Positions 52,609-64,000 of a DNA stretch of 64,000 bases are shown in pieces. The first letter of the stretch is position 1; every line of letters starts with the position of its first letter. The position numbers and the translations under genes are program-made. The notes beneath the pieces were generated by a model. That model worked only from the letters and a program-made list of their open reading frames with translations. It had not been told where the DNA came from and did not search any database. This DNA is from Octopus sinensis (taxonomy: Eukaryota), in assembly GCF_006345805.1 (NCBI RefSeq), contig NW_021832389.1, forward strand, positions 1 to 64,000. Direction: 5' to 3'.

Positions 52609-53519
52609 CATATATTTGAATGTTTCTTTATATATATATATATATATATATATCTCCACCAGTATGCATTCCGGGTATTTGCATGCATATGCATAGTTGA
52701 ATATATCTGTGTAACATATCTGTGTATATACGTATCTACCTCGTTTATATTACATGTATACTATATGTGTGTATATATATATATGTATATGCATGTGTGT
52801 GTATGTGTGTATATATCTGCGTGTTTTGTATGATTGTGTTTGAAGAAGCATATGTCATATGTGTGAGTATCTGCGTGAATATACGTGCGGGTGTATGCAA
52901 ATGCGTGTGTTTGCATTTGTAAATGTATTTATGTGTGCGTTTGCGCGCGTCTATATATATATATATATATATGTTTTCTCCTTTGTGCATTTATGTGTAA
53001 ATTGTGTGTGTTTGTGTGTGTGTGTGTTGATATAATAGTTTGTATATGTTGTTGTTTTACAGGTATGTTTTGCATGTGAACAGATATGTACGCGTACATA
53101 TCCTTGTTTGTGTATGTGTGCTTGTGTGTGAATATGTTTGTGTGTGCGTGTGTGTGTGTGTGCATGTGTGTTTGCGTGTGTGTGTGTGTGTGTGTGTGAG
53201 TGTTTGTGTGTGTGTGTGTGCTTGTATACAGATGTGTTTCAAACACTGATAATTAATCAATAGTACAGATCTGATTTCCATAATTCCAGCAAATAGAGAG
53301 AAATGGAAAAAAAAAAAATTATAAAATTTAACAGGAAAAAAGAAAAGAAAAATGCAGAAAATGAAATAGTCTCGTTTAAAGGATAACTACGACGAGGAGA
53401 AGGAGGGAGGGAATGGGGCGGAGGAGGGGAATAGAAGAATAGGAGGAGGAGGAGGAGCAGAACCGGGAGGTGCGGGGCGAGGAGGGTGGAGGAAAGGGAT
53501 GGAAAAGATGGTGGTTTTC

Positions 53520-53602
53520 GGTAGCGCTTGTTGGGAAGACGACGATGATGATGATGATAGTGGTAGTGGTGGTGGTGGTGGTGGTGGTATTTTAGTGGTG
53601 GC

Positions 53603-53677
<75 letters not shown>

Positions 53678-53769
53678 GTTTTTAGTGGTGGCGATGATGA
53701 TGATGATGATGATGATAGGGGTGTTAGTGTTGGTGCTGGTGGTGGGGGTGTTTTTAGTGGTGGCGATGA

Positions 53770-53803
<34 letters not shown>

Positions 53804-54290
53804 GGTGGTGGTGTTTTTAGTGGTGGCGATGATGATGATGATGATGTTGGTGGTGGTGGTAGTGGCTGGTGGTTGCGCTGATAATGATAGTGATAATAAT
53901 GATGTTAATGATGAGGATGATAATACAGCTAACGATTGGGGTAACGACGGTTATGCTAATGATGATGAAGATGATGATGATGATGATGATGATGGATGAT
54001 GATGATGATGAGATGATGATGATGATGATGATGACGATAACGTTGGTGGTTGTGGTGGTGGTGGTGACGATTATATGGTGGTGGTGGTGGTGGTGGTGTT
54101 TTTTAGTGTGGCGATGATGATGATGATGATGATGATGACGATAACGTTGGTGGTTGTGGTGGTGGTGGTGGTGGTGGTGGTGGTGATGGAAGTGCTGCTG
54201 GTAGTCGTGGTGGTCGTGGTGATATAGGTGGTGGCGCTGGTGCAGACGATGATCATCATAATGATGACGATCATCATCGCCATGATGAAC
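53520..54290. repeat. Compound (GAT)n/(GGT)n array with recurrent anchor ttttagtggtggcg
   Basis: Anchor at about 53590, 53679, 53752, 53815 and (variant) 54100. Confidence 0.9.
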
Positions 54291-54644
54291 ATTCTTAAAA
54301 CCAAAAAAAAAAAAAGAATTATCTGCAATACGATAATGATTTTTGCATTAGATATGAACAGCTTGAGATATAGTAGTGGCAGCAGTAAGAGTAGTGGTAG
54401 GTTAAATTAGTGTAAAATACTACTGCTACTACGACTGCTCTTACTACTAATAATAATGATTATAAAACGACAGCGACAATACCTCAAAGCAACAACAAAT
54501 ACAACGATAATAATAAGAATAATAATTTCGGGGAAAAGGGGGTCTCTTTGCCCTAGGAGCCGGGAAGACAATCGGCAAGAAACGGAAAGAAAATTGAAAG
54601 AAGAGGATTATAATATTTTTTGCTACTGAAGGAACAAGGCTTTG

Positions 54645-54846
54645 AAATATGGTGCAAAGAGACTATTCGATTACATCGACCCTCTCAACTGGAATTTAAT
54701 TTATCGACAAAGAAAGGGTGAAAGGCATATAAGGCCTGAACATAATTCGAACTTAGCGAAAGGCGAAAGGCGAAATACCGCTAAGCATTTCGTCCAGCGT
54801 GCTAACGATTCTGCCAGTTCGCCAGCTTAATTAATTAATAATGATG

Positions 54847-54878
<32 letters not shown>

Positions 54879-55087
54879 TGTAATAATGATCCTTTGTGCA
54901 ATAAGTACAAGACCTAGATTTTTCTGTGGCAGGGAGACAATCTATAACATCGACCCAGTACTCAATTTGTACTTGACTTATAAACCCCGAAAGTCGACCT
55001 CGGCGAAATTTGAACACAGAACGTAGCGGCAGGCGAAATACCGCTAAACATTTCGCCCGGCGTGCTAAGGACTCTGCCAGCTCGCCG

Positions 55088-55090
<3 letters not shown>
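54645..55090 (-). mobile_element. Two tandem diverged Nin/Deu SINEs
   Basis: Heads at about 54826 and 55090, each preceded by Nin-motif remnants. Confidence 0.85.
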
Positions 55091-55143
<53 letters not shown>

Positions 55144-55914
55144 TAATTAGTGAGACTGCAATAATTATTACCCGTGTTGTTTATAATTATATTTAATATT
55201 TATACCACAATTTCTTTTCTTCTGTAACCGGTTTAATAAAACCTCCCACCTAAACGCACACATCATTTATATAATCGCTCTTTCCACTCTCCCCTTTATT
55301 CGGAGCTGCTGTGTCAAATGCAGTTATTATTTATTTAGCTGTATCGTTCGGGCGTTGGACAAAATGGCCATAGGATATTTATTCCCGCTCTTTACGCTTT
55401 AAGTTAAAATTCCCCGGAAATCAACTTTGCCTTTCGTCCTTTTTAATCGATAAAATCAATAAAATAACACAACAGCTGAGCAATCAGCTGAATGTAATCC
55501 ACTTACAGCCACACTAAAAAAAAAATTCCTCGCTTTGTGCAAAAATTTTTAACTATTATTATTTGGCAGAAACGTTAGAGAGTCGGACAAAATTATTACA
55601 TTTGTTGCGGGTCTTCACGCTCTAAGTTTAAATTCCATCAATGTTTTATTTCTTTATTCAATATAATAAAGTGCTAGTCAAACGCAGGCATCTTCGAAAT
55701 TTCTGACCTTGAGCATAAATTGGAAATTACTAAAGGGTTTTGGAATGACAGAATCGTGAGAGTGTAAACCAAAATTCTATACGGTATTTGTTCCGCATCT
55801 TTATATTTTGATTTCATATCACACTCAAAGTCAATTTCTAGGGTTGATAGAATGTAGCGCCATTCTAGTATGAATCTGGCAGCGACCGACGCATGGGAGA
55901 ATTCAGTGCTGTGT

Positions 55915-56030
55915 ACCAAAGAAGGTATAGGTGAAACAAATTGAGGAAGACCTAAAGTCGCAACGCCTCGAACTCCAGCATATTAAGGCCAAAACCATGG
56001 ATCGGAAAGCGTAGAATAACATCACACATG
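55915..56030 (+). mobile_element. RTE LINE ORF2 C-terminal remnant
   Basis: IEEDLKSQRLELQHIKAKTMDRKA*NNIT matches the IEEDL...GL.......A.DR..W..I motif. Confidence 0.6.
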
Positions 56031-56681
56031 TCCGTCATCCATCGGTATCTACAGCAGCGTTTTGTTAAAAAGGAGAACCTACACCTCTGGTCGCTGGTTA
56101 GCGATTTCAGATGCAGATTCAGATAGTACAGGAGTATATGATATCGACAAATGACCACTACACATTAAAATTGTTGAGTTTGTGCCTCAATTAGAAACTA
56201 TTATAAGGGTGGTGATTTCGCAGAGTCGTTAAAGTATCAAAAAGAAATTCTTTGTGTCAATTTTTGTGATATATTATCTTCTGATTTCAAATTCTGCCGA
56301 AGTTTAATTTACGTTTTATCTGTCCGGGACGATAAAACAACGTACCAGTGAAGTGCTCCAGCCTGTTGGATCTGCCAGTGCCCACTCTAATAGGAAGCGA
56401 GCAGGCAGAATCGTTAGCACGGCGGACAAATAACTGCCTGGTCACGTCATTGAATGTGCAGAAAATATGCTGTGTTCTATTTCGTTGGAGATCAGTTATT
56501 GTAACTGTTTAGCCAGAAATTATCTTTCATCGTATGGCTTTATGGGTAATGATGTCCCAGCCGTCATGATTCCGTCTACAGTTTTTATTTGTACATGGGA
56601 ACCCTTGAACAAGTCATCCATCGTGTAACTTTCTAAGCCCGTTTCGTGTGTTCTGAGGAAAGTCCTGCTGCTTTATATATG

Positions 56682-56910
56682 TTTCTTTATTACCCACAAG
56701 GGGCTAAACATAGAAGGGACAAACAAGGACAGACATAGGTATTAAGTCGATTACATCGACCCCAGTTCGTAACTGGTACTTAATTTATCGGCCTCGAAAG
56801 GATGAAAGGTAAAGTCGACCTCGGCGGAATTTGAACCCAGAATATAACGGCAGACGAAATACGGCTACGCATTTCGTCCGGCGTACTAACGTTTCTGCCA
56901 GCTCGCCGCC
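56682..56910 (-). mobile_element. Nin/Deu SINE (tail 1, acataggtattaag variant)
   Basis: Full head to tail; ctttatata on both sides. Confidence 0.93.
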
Positions 56911-57688
56911 TTTATATAGCAGGTGGTTTGATGCGTAGATGATACTTTCGTTGGCTTTTGTCATAGACTCAAGTGCTGATTGGTGCAACATAAGTACCAG
57001 ACATACACTAGGGTCCACAGATGGATAGTTTAATGAATGACGACTATTTCTGTAGAATATCAGAGAAAATGCTTCGCTGTTTTTAATCTATTAGTTTGTG
57101 CGATCTGAGTTCAAACCCCACAAGGGCAATCTTTAACACTTTGCAAAACTCTGCAATATGTACCAGTCGTGTATTAGGGGGGGGGACATCATTCAAAATG
57201 GCGGCAACTAAGAAAGATATAAAATCACCTTTCATATTTTTGTCATGATTTCAAATGACTTGGCTTCAGGGTTGTTGTTTGTTTGCCCTTCTCCCCTTCC
57301 GATTTTTTAGGCATTCTTGGTTCTTTCTTTTAACTTAGCCATCAAGACAAATGCCAGGCTGAGGCATCGTCGTCGAAGCAGAGTGCGTTTAATGGACTAC
57401 GACTTCTCCGTTTCATCTTTTAGCATCTCCTCTTACTACACCTACTCGTCTCCAGCCGTCCTGATACTATTATGGATTGGTGTAAAAGATGGTAATCAAT
57501 AATTATATAACATACATGACCAATTAACTAATCGGATTAGTCGCACTAACAGCAGCAGCAGAAGCAGCAGCAGAAGCAGCAGCAATAGTAGTAGTAGTAG
57601 TAGTAGTAGTATAGTAGTAGTAGTAGTCAGAGGAGGGCGGATGAGACAGTAGCTAAAGGACTCCAATGAGATGCAATATTACCAACAT

Positions 57689-57740
<52 letters not shown>

Positions 57741-57884
57741 GCAGGAAGTGTAATAGAGATGGCAAAATGATTGCAATAGAAATTCAATTATTGTTAAAAT
57801 TCAATTATTGTATTAAAAACATTATTACGCCATTATACAATCACACACATACAGATGTGCGTGCGACTGTTCAATGATTCAGTG

Positions 57885-57936
<52 letters not shown>

Positions 57937-57951
57937 ATATATGTGTGTGTA

Positions 57952-57995
<44 letters not shown>

Positions 57996-58021
57996 ATATA
58001 TGTATATATGTATATATGTAC

Positions 58022-58052
<31 letters not shown>

Positions 58053-58180
58053 ATATACATACACGTATATGAACATACGTGTATGTATATATATATGTGT
58101 GTGTGTGTGAGTGTGTATATACACAAATTCATAAATATATATATATACACATCTATATATATTTATCTCCTCTCTCTCTG

Positions 58181-58223
<43 letters not shown>

Positions 58224-58644
58224 ATACATACACAAATAAACGGATAGATAGACAGACAGACACTCATGCGTGCGGCTGTGATTGAGAGATATCACGCAAC
58301 ACACGGTTGAAAAATAGGTTTATGCTTCTTTACAGACGTGATGCAATGTTGCTCAACTAATATGGTACGTGCAATCATGACGAGAGACGTGGCCAGCCGT
58401 CTATTAACGCTGAGATCATTCTGTAATGGTAGTAGGATTGGTAATAATCCTGACAGTGTGGTAATTCCTGGTAGAGACTGCAGTACTCTGTTGATGTACT
58501 TAGTAACGCTGTGTTAGGCCTTTGCAACGTTTTAACCACAGGCTAGTGTTTAACTTGAAGTCTTGCGATTAAAATTAATTACGGACATGTTCATACGGTT
58601 TAGTTTTAAACTGTACACACATACATACGCGTGTATATAATACG

Positions 58645-59040
58645 TGTGGTAAGTAGCTTGCTTACCAACCACATGGTTCCGGGTTCAGTCCCACTGCGTG
58701 GCACCTTAGGCAAGTGTCTTCTACTACAGCCTCGGGCCGACCAATGCCTTGTGTGTGGATTTGGTTGACGGAAACTGAAAGAAGCCCGTCGTGTATATGT
58801 ATATGTACATATATGCGTGTGTGTATTTGTGTGTCTGTGTTTGTCCCCCTAGCATTGCTTGACAACCGATGCTGGTGTGTTTATGTCCCCGTTAATTAGC
58901 GGTTCGGCAAAGGAGACCGATAGAATAAGTACTGGGCTTACAAAAGAGTAAGTCCCGGGGTCGAGTTGCTCGATTAAAGGCGGTGCTCCAGCATGGCCGC
59001 AGTCAAATGACTGAAACAAGTGAAAGAGAGAAAAGAGAGA
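58645..59040 (+). mobile_element. Family C SINE, slightly 5'-shortened
   Basis: High similarity to 25720-26122. Confidence 0.92.
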
Positions 59041-59160
59041 GAGTAATATTATTGAACGCACATCCTCAGTATATGTATTTTGCTTGTCCTTCCATAGTAC
59101 GCTCTATTATGTGGCGGTGTGATTGACCCTTTCAAATCTCCAGGTAAAACACTTGAAAGG

Positions 59161-59543
59161 CATAGACAAGCGAGACAACTCACATTAAATCCCATTCGGG
59201 AGCGATCGACATCGATGTTTCACCATTTTTTGTGGCTTACCAACATGGCGTAATTGAATCGAATCGGCAGTGAACTGAAGAGTATGAAAACCATTTGCTG
59301 GTATGACCCGACGCTCTGCGTAAAAATAAATTCAAATATAAACTGGAAACAGCGCTAATGGTGTAAACATTATCGGAAGCGCATACTCAGTGTATGCGAT
59401 TTGTTTGTTCGCTGCTAGGCTGCAAATTTCCGTGGTGGAGATGATTTCCTCAAAGCCCCAGTAGTTAAAATACACGAAAGTCATATACAGGCGAGACAAC
59501 TCACCCCAAATCCCGTTCAGGTGCGAAGGATCTCGATGTTTCA
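59161..59543. repeat. Diverged ~62-bp direct repeats 321 bp apart
   Basis: catagacaagcgagacaactcacattaaatccc...tcgatgtttca vs catatacaggcgagacaactcaccccaaatccc...tcgatgtttca. Confidence 0.8.
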
Positions 59544-59705
59544 TTTCCACCGCGCCAAACTACCACAGAGAGCAAGAGCCTTTGGCTGCTATTTCTAGGA
59601 AATAGCAGGACCACAAGCATGAAGGCCTATATTTCTGGAATTGTGCGTGTACTTATGTGTGCATTGGTAATATTATCATGTAATAGTTTCCAGAGTTTCA
59701 AGTAG

Positions 59706-59900
59706 AGAGATACATGGAATGACCCTTATCGGCCCACACGCACATTGCTGGGAGTCTCACAGTTAAGGTTATTCACTACTTCCTCTAGATTCCTATATAT
59801 TTGGCAATAATGTGCACGGAAGTTTTTCTAAAGAATTGACCTTCTGGCTAACAAGGATTATGATCTTGACACCAATAACCTCTCCACAAAACCACGCGAT
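59706..59900 (+). CDS. Candidate exon pair 59706-59767 and 59834-59900: RDTWNDPYRPTRTLLGVSQLR/IDLLANKDYDLDTNNLSTKPRD
   Basis: Both halves lie in one frame interrupted by a 66-nt GT..AG segment containing the two stops; strong final donor GAT|gtaagc. Confidence 0.25.
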
Positions 59901-60039
59901 GTAAGCAATTTCACAATATGAAATGAAGATCACGTTTCGTGAATGTGTAGTACAGCATGGTGTTTTATGAGACGCCTGGATTTTTATTGAAATGGCAGCA
60001 TTATTACATTATTATAACTGTCTCATGAGATGGGTGTGG

Positions 60040-60453
60040 TATTGGTTTCAAATTTTGGCATAAGACCAGCAGTTTCTGAGAAGAGGTTAAGTCTATTAAA
60101 TAGAGCCCAGCACTCCACCGGTTCATATTTTATTGAACCCGAAGGGACGAAAGGCAAAGTCGATACGGTGGAATTTGAACTCAGGACCTAAAGACAGACG
60201 AAATACTGCTGAACAGTTTATCTTGTGTGCTGACGATTCCTTTTCTACTCTAGGCACAAGACCCAAAATTTTGGGGGAGGGATGCAGTCGATTAGATCGA
60301 CCTCAGTACGCAACTGGTACTTAATTTATCGACCCCGAAAGGATGAAAAGCAAAGTCGACCTCGGTGAAATTTGAACTCAGAACGTAAAGACAGACGAAA
60401 TACCACTAAGCATTTCGCCCGGCGTGCTGACGATTCCGCCAGCGTGCCGCCTT
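60040..60453 (-). mobile_element. Two tandem Nin/Deu SINEs (tail 2)
   Basis: ttttggcataagaccagc...ggaatttgaactcagg and ggcacaagacccaaaatttt...gccgcc. Confidence 0.85.
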
Positions 60454-61616
60454 CTCAAGATGGGGTTAATATTAAAATGTTCTGCTGTCCAGAATACTAC
60501 AAAAATTTGCCGCAATCCTAACTAAGCTACCTTTATTTATGCACTTGATAATTATCTAATCATTCGGTAATTTTGTCGTACCTCGGGAGGATCATTACGT
60601 CAATAATAAATACACGCACTGATTCTAATTCACTTCTTTGATAGTCTTCAATTTTTTAGGCATTTAAACTAAGTAACTGATCTACCGTTTATATATCCGT
60701 TCGTTTAATCAACCACTCATATTATATTTTTGAATGGCCTTTCGTTTCCTTTTGCATTCTCTACAATTACATGCTCTCTTTAACTCGGGTTTATATACAG
60801 AATCTTGCAGACCGAATGCAAAACGAAACATTCTTTAAATAATTCCTTAGAAAGAGTCAAAGATGGAATCTCAGCGGTTTCCTTTAATGACCAAGAAGTA
60901 GGACACAGCCCTTTATTTCAACACATTAAAGATGACGATCGTAGATGTTCCGTGTTTGATTAAAATAAGTTGAAGTGGCTACAGTTAGAGTGTCTTTGAT
61001 TATAGGTCCTCTGACTCAGGGCCGGCGTCTGATAAAAATCTTACACGTTTCAGAGTTGTTTAGCAATTATCGTAGCGGTCCGGCTGCAGTATAGCCTTGA
61101 ACGCTTTAAACGATAAAATAGACCGGCAACCGGAATTATTTCAAAGACTTTGTTTTCTATCGATCTGTTTATAGCGAACCGCTAATTTACGTGGCCGTAA
61201 ACAAACAACAAAGGGTGGTTGTCAACCCTAAGCGGCCATCAAAAAGACACACGCCTACACTCGCGCACATACATACATCAATATATATATATATATATAT
61301 ATATATACACTCACATACATACATACGCGTGTGTGTATATATGCATATATATATATATATTTATACACATACACATGTGTGTGTATATATGCATATATAT
61401 ATATATATCTACATACATATACATATGTAAATACGCATATACATACATATATATACAACGGATTTCCACTCAGCTGGCATCTATCAAATTCAGTCACAAG
61501 GTTCCTCGAAAGGGGACGAAATCCGACACTATCTGCTTTGAAGGGGAACTTCTTAAACCACACCAACAAACAATCGCCTATACATACATACATACATACA
61601 TACATACATACATACA

Positions 61617-61650
<34 letters not shown>

Positions 61651-62133
61651 CATATATACATGTGCAAATAAGTGCATATGTATGTGTATGAGTGTGTCTA
61701 TGTGTGTCTGTGTTTATGTAATTATGGAAGTAACTATATATATGTATGTTTATTGAAATTATGTATATGTAGAAATATCAATTTCATTCCGTCTCTACTT
61801 AATTGAAACGCATTAACTATTTGCACTAATTATGTAAATCAACCCGGTTATTGTTTTGCTGCCGTTTGAAATGGACAGAGAGAAGCTACCGTACAAAGAG
61901 AAAGAGGCATTAACATTAAGCTCAATTAAACGACTTCAAACAATGAATCTAGGACGACGACGACATAGCCGTGTCCTTGATCGATCTACACACAATTCAA
62001 TGTGACAAGTGGATGAAATGAGGTGACCGGGTACACGAGAAATTGCTATTTAGAAACCTGTGTTACTTCTTAGTAAGTCCGTAAAACTAACAGTGGTACG
62101 GTTTGTGAGTTTGCGTGCCTCTATATATATGAT

Positions 62134-62364
62134 AGGCGGCGAGATGGCAGAAGCGTTAGCGCGCTGGGCGAAACGCTTAGCGGTATTTCGTCTGTCGTTA
62201 CGTTCTGAGTTCAAATTCCGCCGAGGTCGACTTTGCCTTTCATCCTTTCGGGGTCGATAAATTAAGTACCAGTTACGCACTGGGGTTGATGTAATCAACT
62301 TAATCCCTTTGTCTGTCCTTGTTTGTCCCCTCTCTGTTTAGCCCCTTGTGGGCAGTAAAGAAAT
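62134..62364 (+). mobile_element. Nin/Deu SINE (tail 1), full length, in a TA-rich site
   Basis: aggcggcgagatggcagaa...gagttcaaattcc...gcagtaaagaaata. Confidence 0.95.
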
Positions 62365-62418
62365 ATATATATATATCATATACACTTTATACATGCACAT
62401 ATATATGTGTCTGTGTAT

Positions 62419-62716
62419 GTGAAGGCGCGTGGCTTAGTGGTTTGGGCGTTCGGCTTATGATCGTAATGTCGTGAGTTCAATCCCAGGCGACGCGTTGTGT
62501 CCTTGAGCAAGACACTTTATTTCACGTTGCTCCAATCCACTCAGCTGGCAAAAACGAGTAATATTTCAAAGGGCCAACATTGTTACACTTTGTGTCACGC
62601 TGAACATCCCTAAGGGTACACGTGTCTGTGGCGTTCTCAGTCACTTGCACGTTAATTTCACGAGCAAGCTGTTCCGTTGATCGTATCAGCTGGGACCCTC
62701 GACGCCTTAACCGACG
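62419..62716 (+). mobile_element. H1 + CORE SINE, tail T1, merging into a minisatellite
   Basis: Aligns to 19078 copy up to gggaccctcg. Confidence 0.9.
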
Positions 62717-64000
62717 TCTTAACCTCCTTATATATATGACTCCTTAACCTCCTTATATATATGACTCCTTAACCTCCTTATATATATGACTCCTTAACCT
62801 CCTTATATATATGACTCCTTAACCTCCTTATATATATGACTCCTTAACCTCCTTATATATATGACTCCTTAACCTCCTTATAATATGACGCCTTAACCTC
62901 CTATATATATGACTCCTTAACCTCCTTATATATATGACTCCTTAACCTCCTTATATATATGACTCCTTAACCTCCTTATATTATGACGCCTTAACCTCCT
63001 TATATATATGACTCCTTAACCTCCTATATATATGACTCCTTAACCTCCTTATTATATGACGCCTTAACCTCCTTATATATATGACTCCTTACCTCCTTAT
63101 ATATATGACGCCTTAACCTCCTTATTATATGACGCCTTAACCTCTTATATATATGACTCCTTAACCTCCTTATATATATGACTCCTTAACCTCCTTATAT
63201 ATATGACGCCTTAACCTCCTTATATATATATACTCCTTAACCTCCTTATATATATGACGCCTTAACCTCCTTATATATATGACTCCTTAACCTCCTTATA
63301 TATATGACGCCTTAACCTCCTATATATATGACGCCTTAAACCTTATATATATGACTCCTTAACCTCCTTATATATGACGCCTTAACCTCCTTAATATATG
63401 ACGCCTTAACCTCCTTATATATATGACTCCTTAACCTCCTTATATATATGACTCCTTAACCTCCTTATATATATGGACTCCTTAACCTCCTTATATATAT
63501 GACTCCTTAACCTCCTTATATATATGACGCCTTAACCTCCTTATATATATGAATCCTTAACCTCCTTATATATATGACGTCTTAACCTCCTTATAATATA
63601 TGACTCCTTAACCTCCTATATATATGACGCCTTAACCTCCTATAATATATGACTCCTTAACCTCCTTATATATATGACGCCTTAACCTCCTTATATATAT
63701 GACTCCTTAACCTCCTATATATATGACTCCTTAACCTCCTTATATATATGACTCCTTAACCTCTTTTATATATGACGCCTTAACTCCTTATATATATGAC
63801 GCCTTAACCTCCTCTTATATATATGACGCCTTAACCTCCTTATATATATGACGCCTAAACCTCCTTATATATATGACTCCTTAACCTCCTTATATATATG
63901 ACGCCTTAACCTCCTTATATATGACTCCTTAACCTCCTTATATATATGACGCCTTAACCTCCTTATATATATGACTCCTTAACCTCCTTATATATATGAC
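62704..64000. repeat. ~25-bp minisatellite CCTTAACCTCCTTATATATATGAC(T/G), about 50 units, open at right edge
   Basis: Direct reading; GACT and GACG variants interspersed, TA count variable. Confidence 0.98.

Noticed and set aside
62704-64000. Telomeric repeat
   Set aside because: Unit is 25 bp and lacks (TTAGGG)n/(CCCTAA)n.

Overview
Animal, non-coding-dominated, very AT- and microsatellite-rich window. The SINE complement (Nin/Deu-domain SINEs, CORE-type tRNA SINEs, RTE LINEs with C-terminal C2H2 fingers, R4/Dong remnants) points to an octopod cephalopod genome; this is inference, not a database result. Almost all ORFs in the supplied track are translations of simple repeats or SINEs. Supported content: about 30 SINE copies built from interchangeable heads, cores and tails, several with clear target-site duplications; three Tc1/mariner transposase remnants; three R4/Dong C-terminal remnants; RTE 3' ends; a TA-flanked MITE relic; compound micro/minisatellites; and a roughly 50-unit 25-bp minisatellite running off the right edge. 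Short, phase-compatible candidate exons on the + strand suggest an unidentified large-intron host gene, but the product cannot be named. The most unusual observations are: (1) Nin-SINE trimers at two independent loci joined in the same register at an internal GGTATTT site, with evidence of mixed subfamilies and an AGGT-biased insertion site; (2) near-perfect 75-90 bp snap-back palindromes ending in microsatellites, one at the 5'-truncation point of an RTE LINE; (3) a 1.1-kb inverted-repeat-bounded, (TA)n-embedded element carrying a frame-broken coiled-coil ORF. Scattered 1-bp indels between near-identical repeats suggest long-read errors, so frameshifts should be re-checked. All alignments and translations were done by eye.
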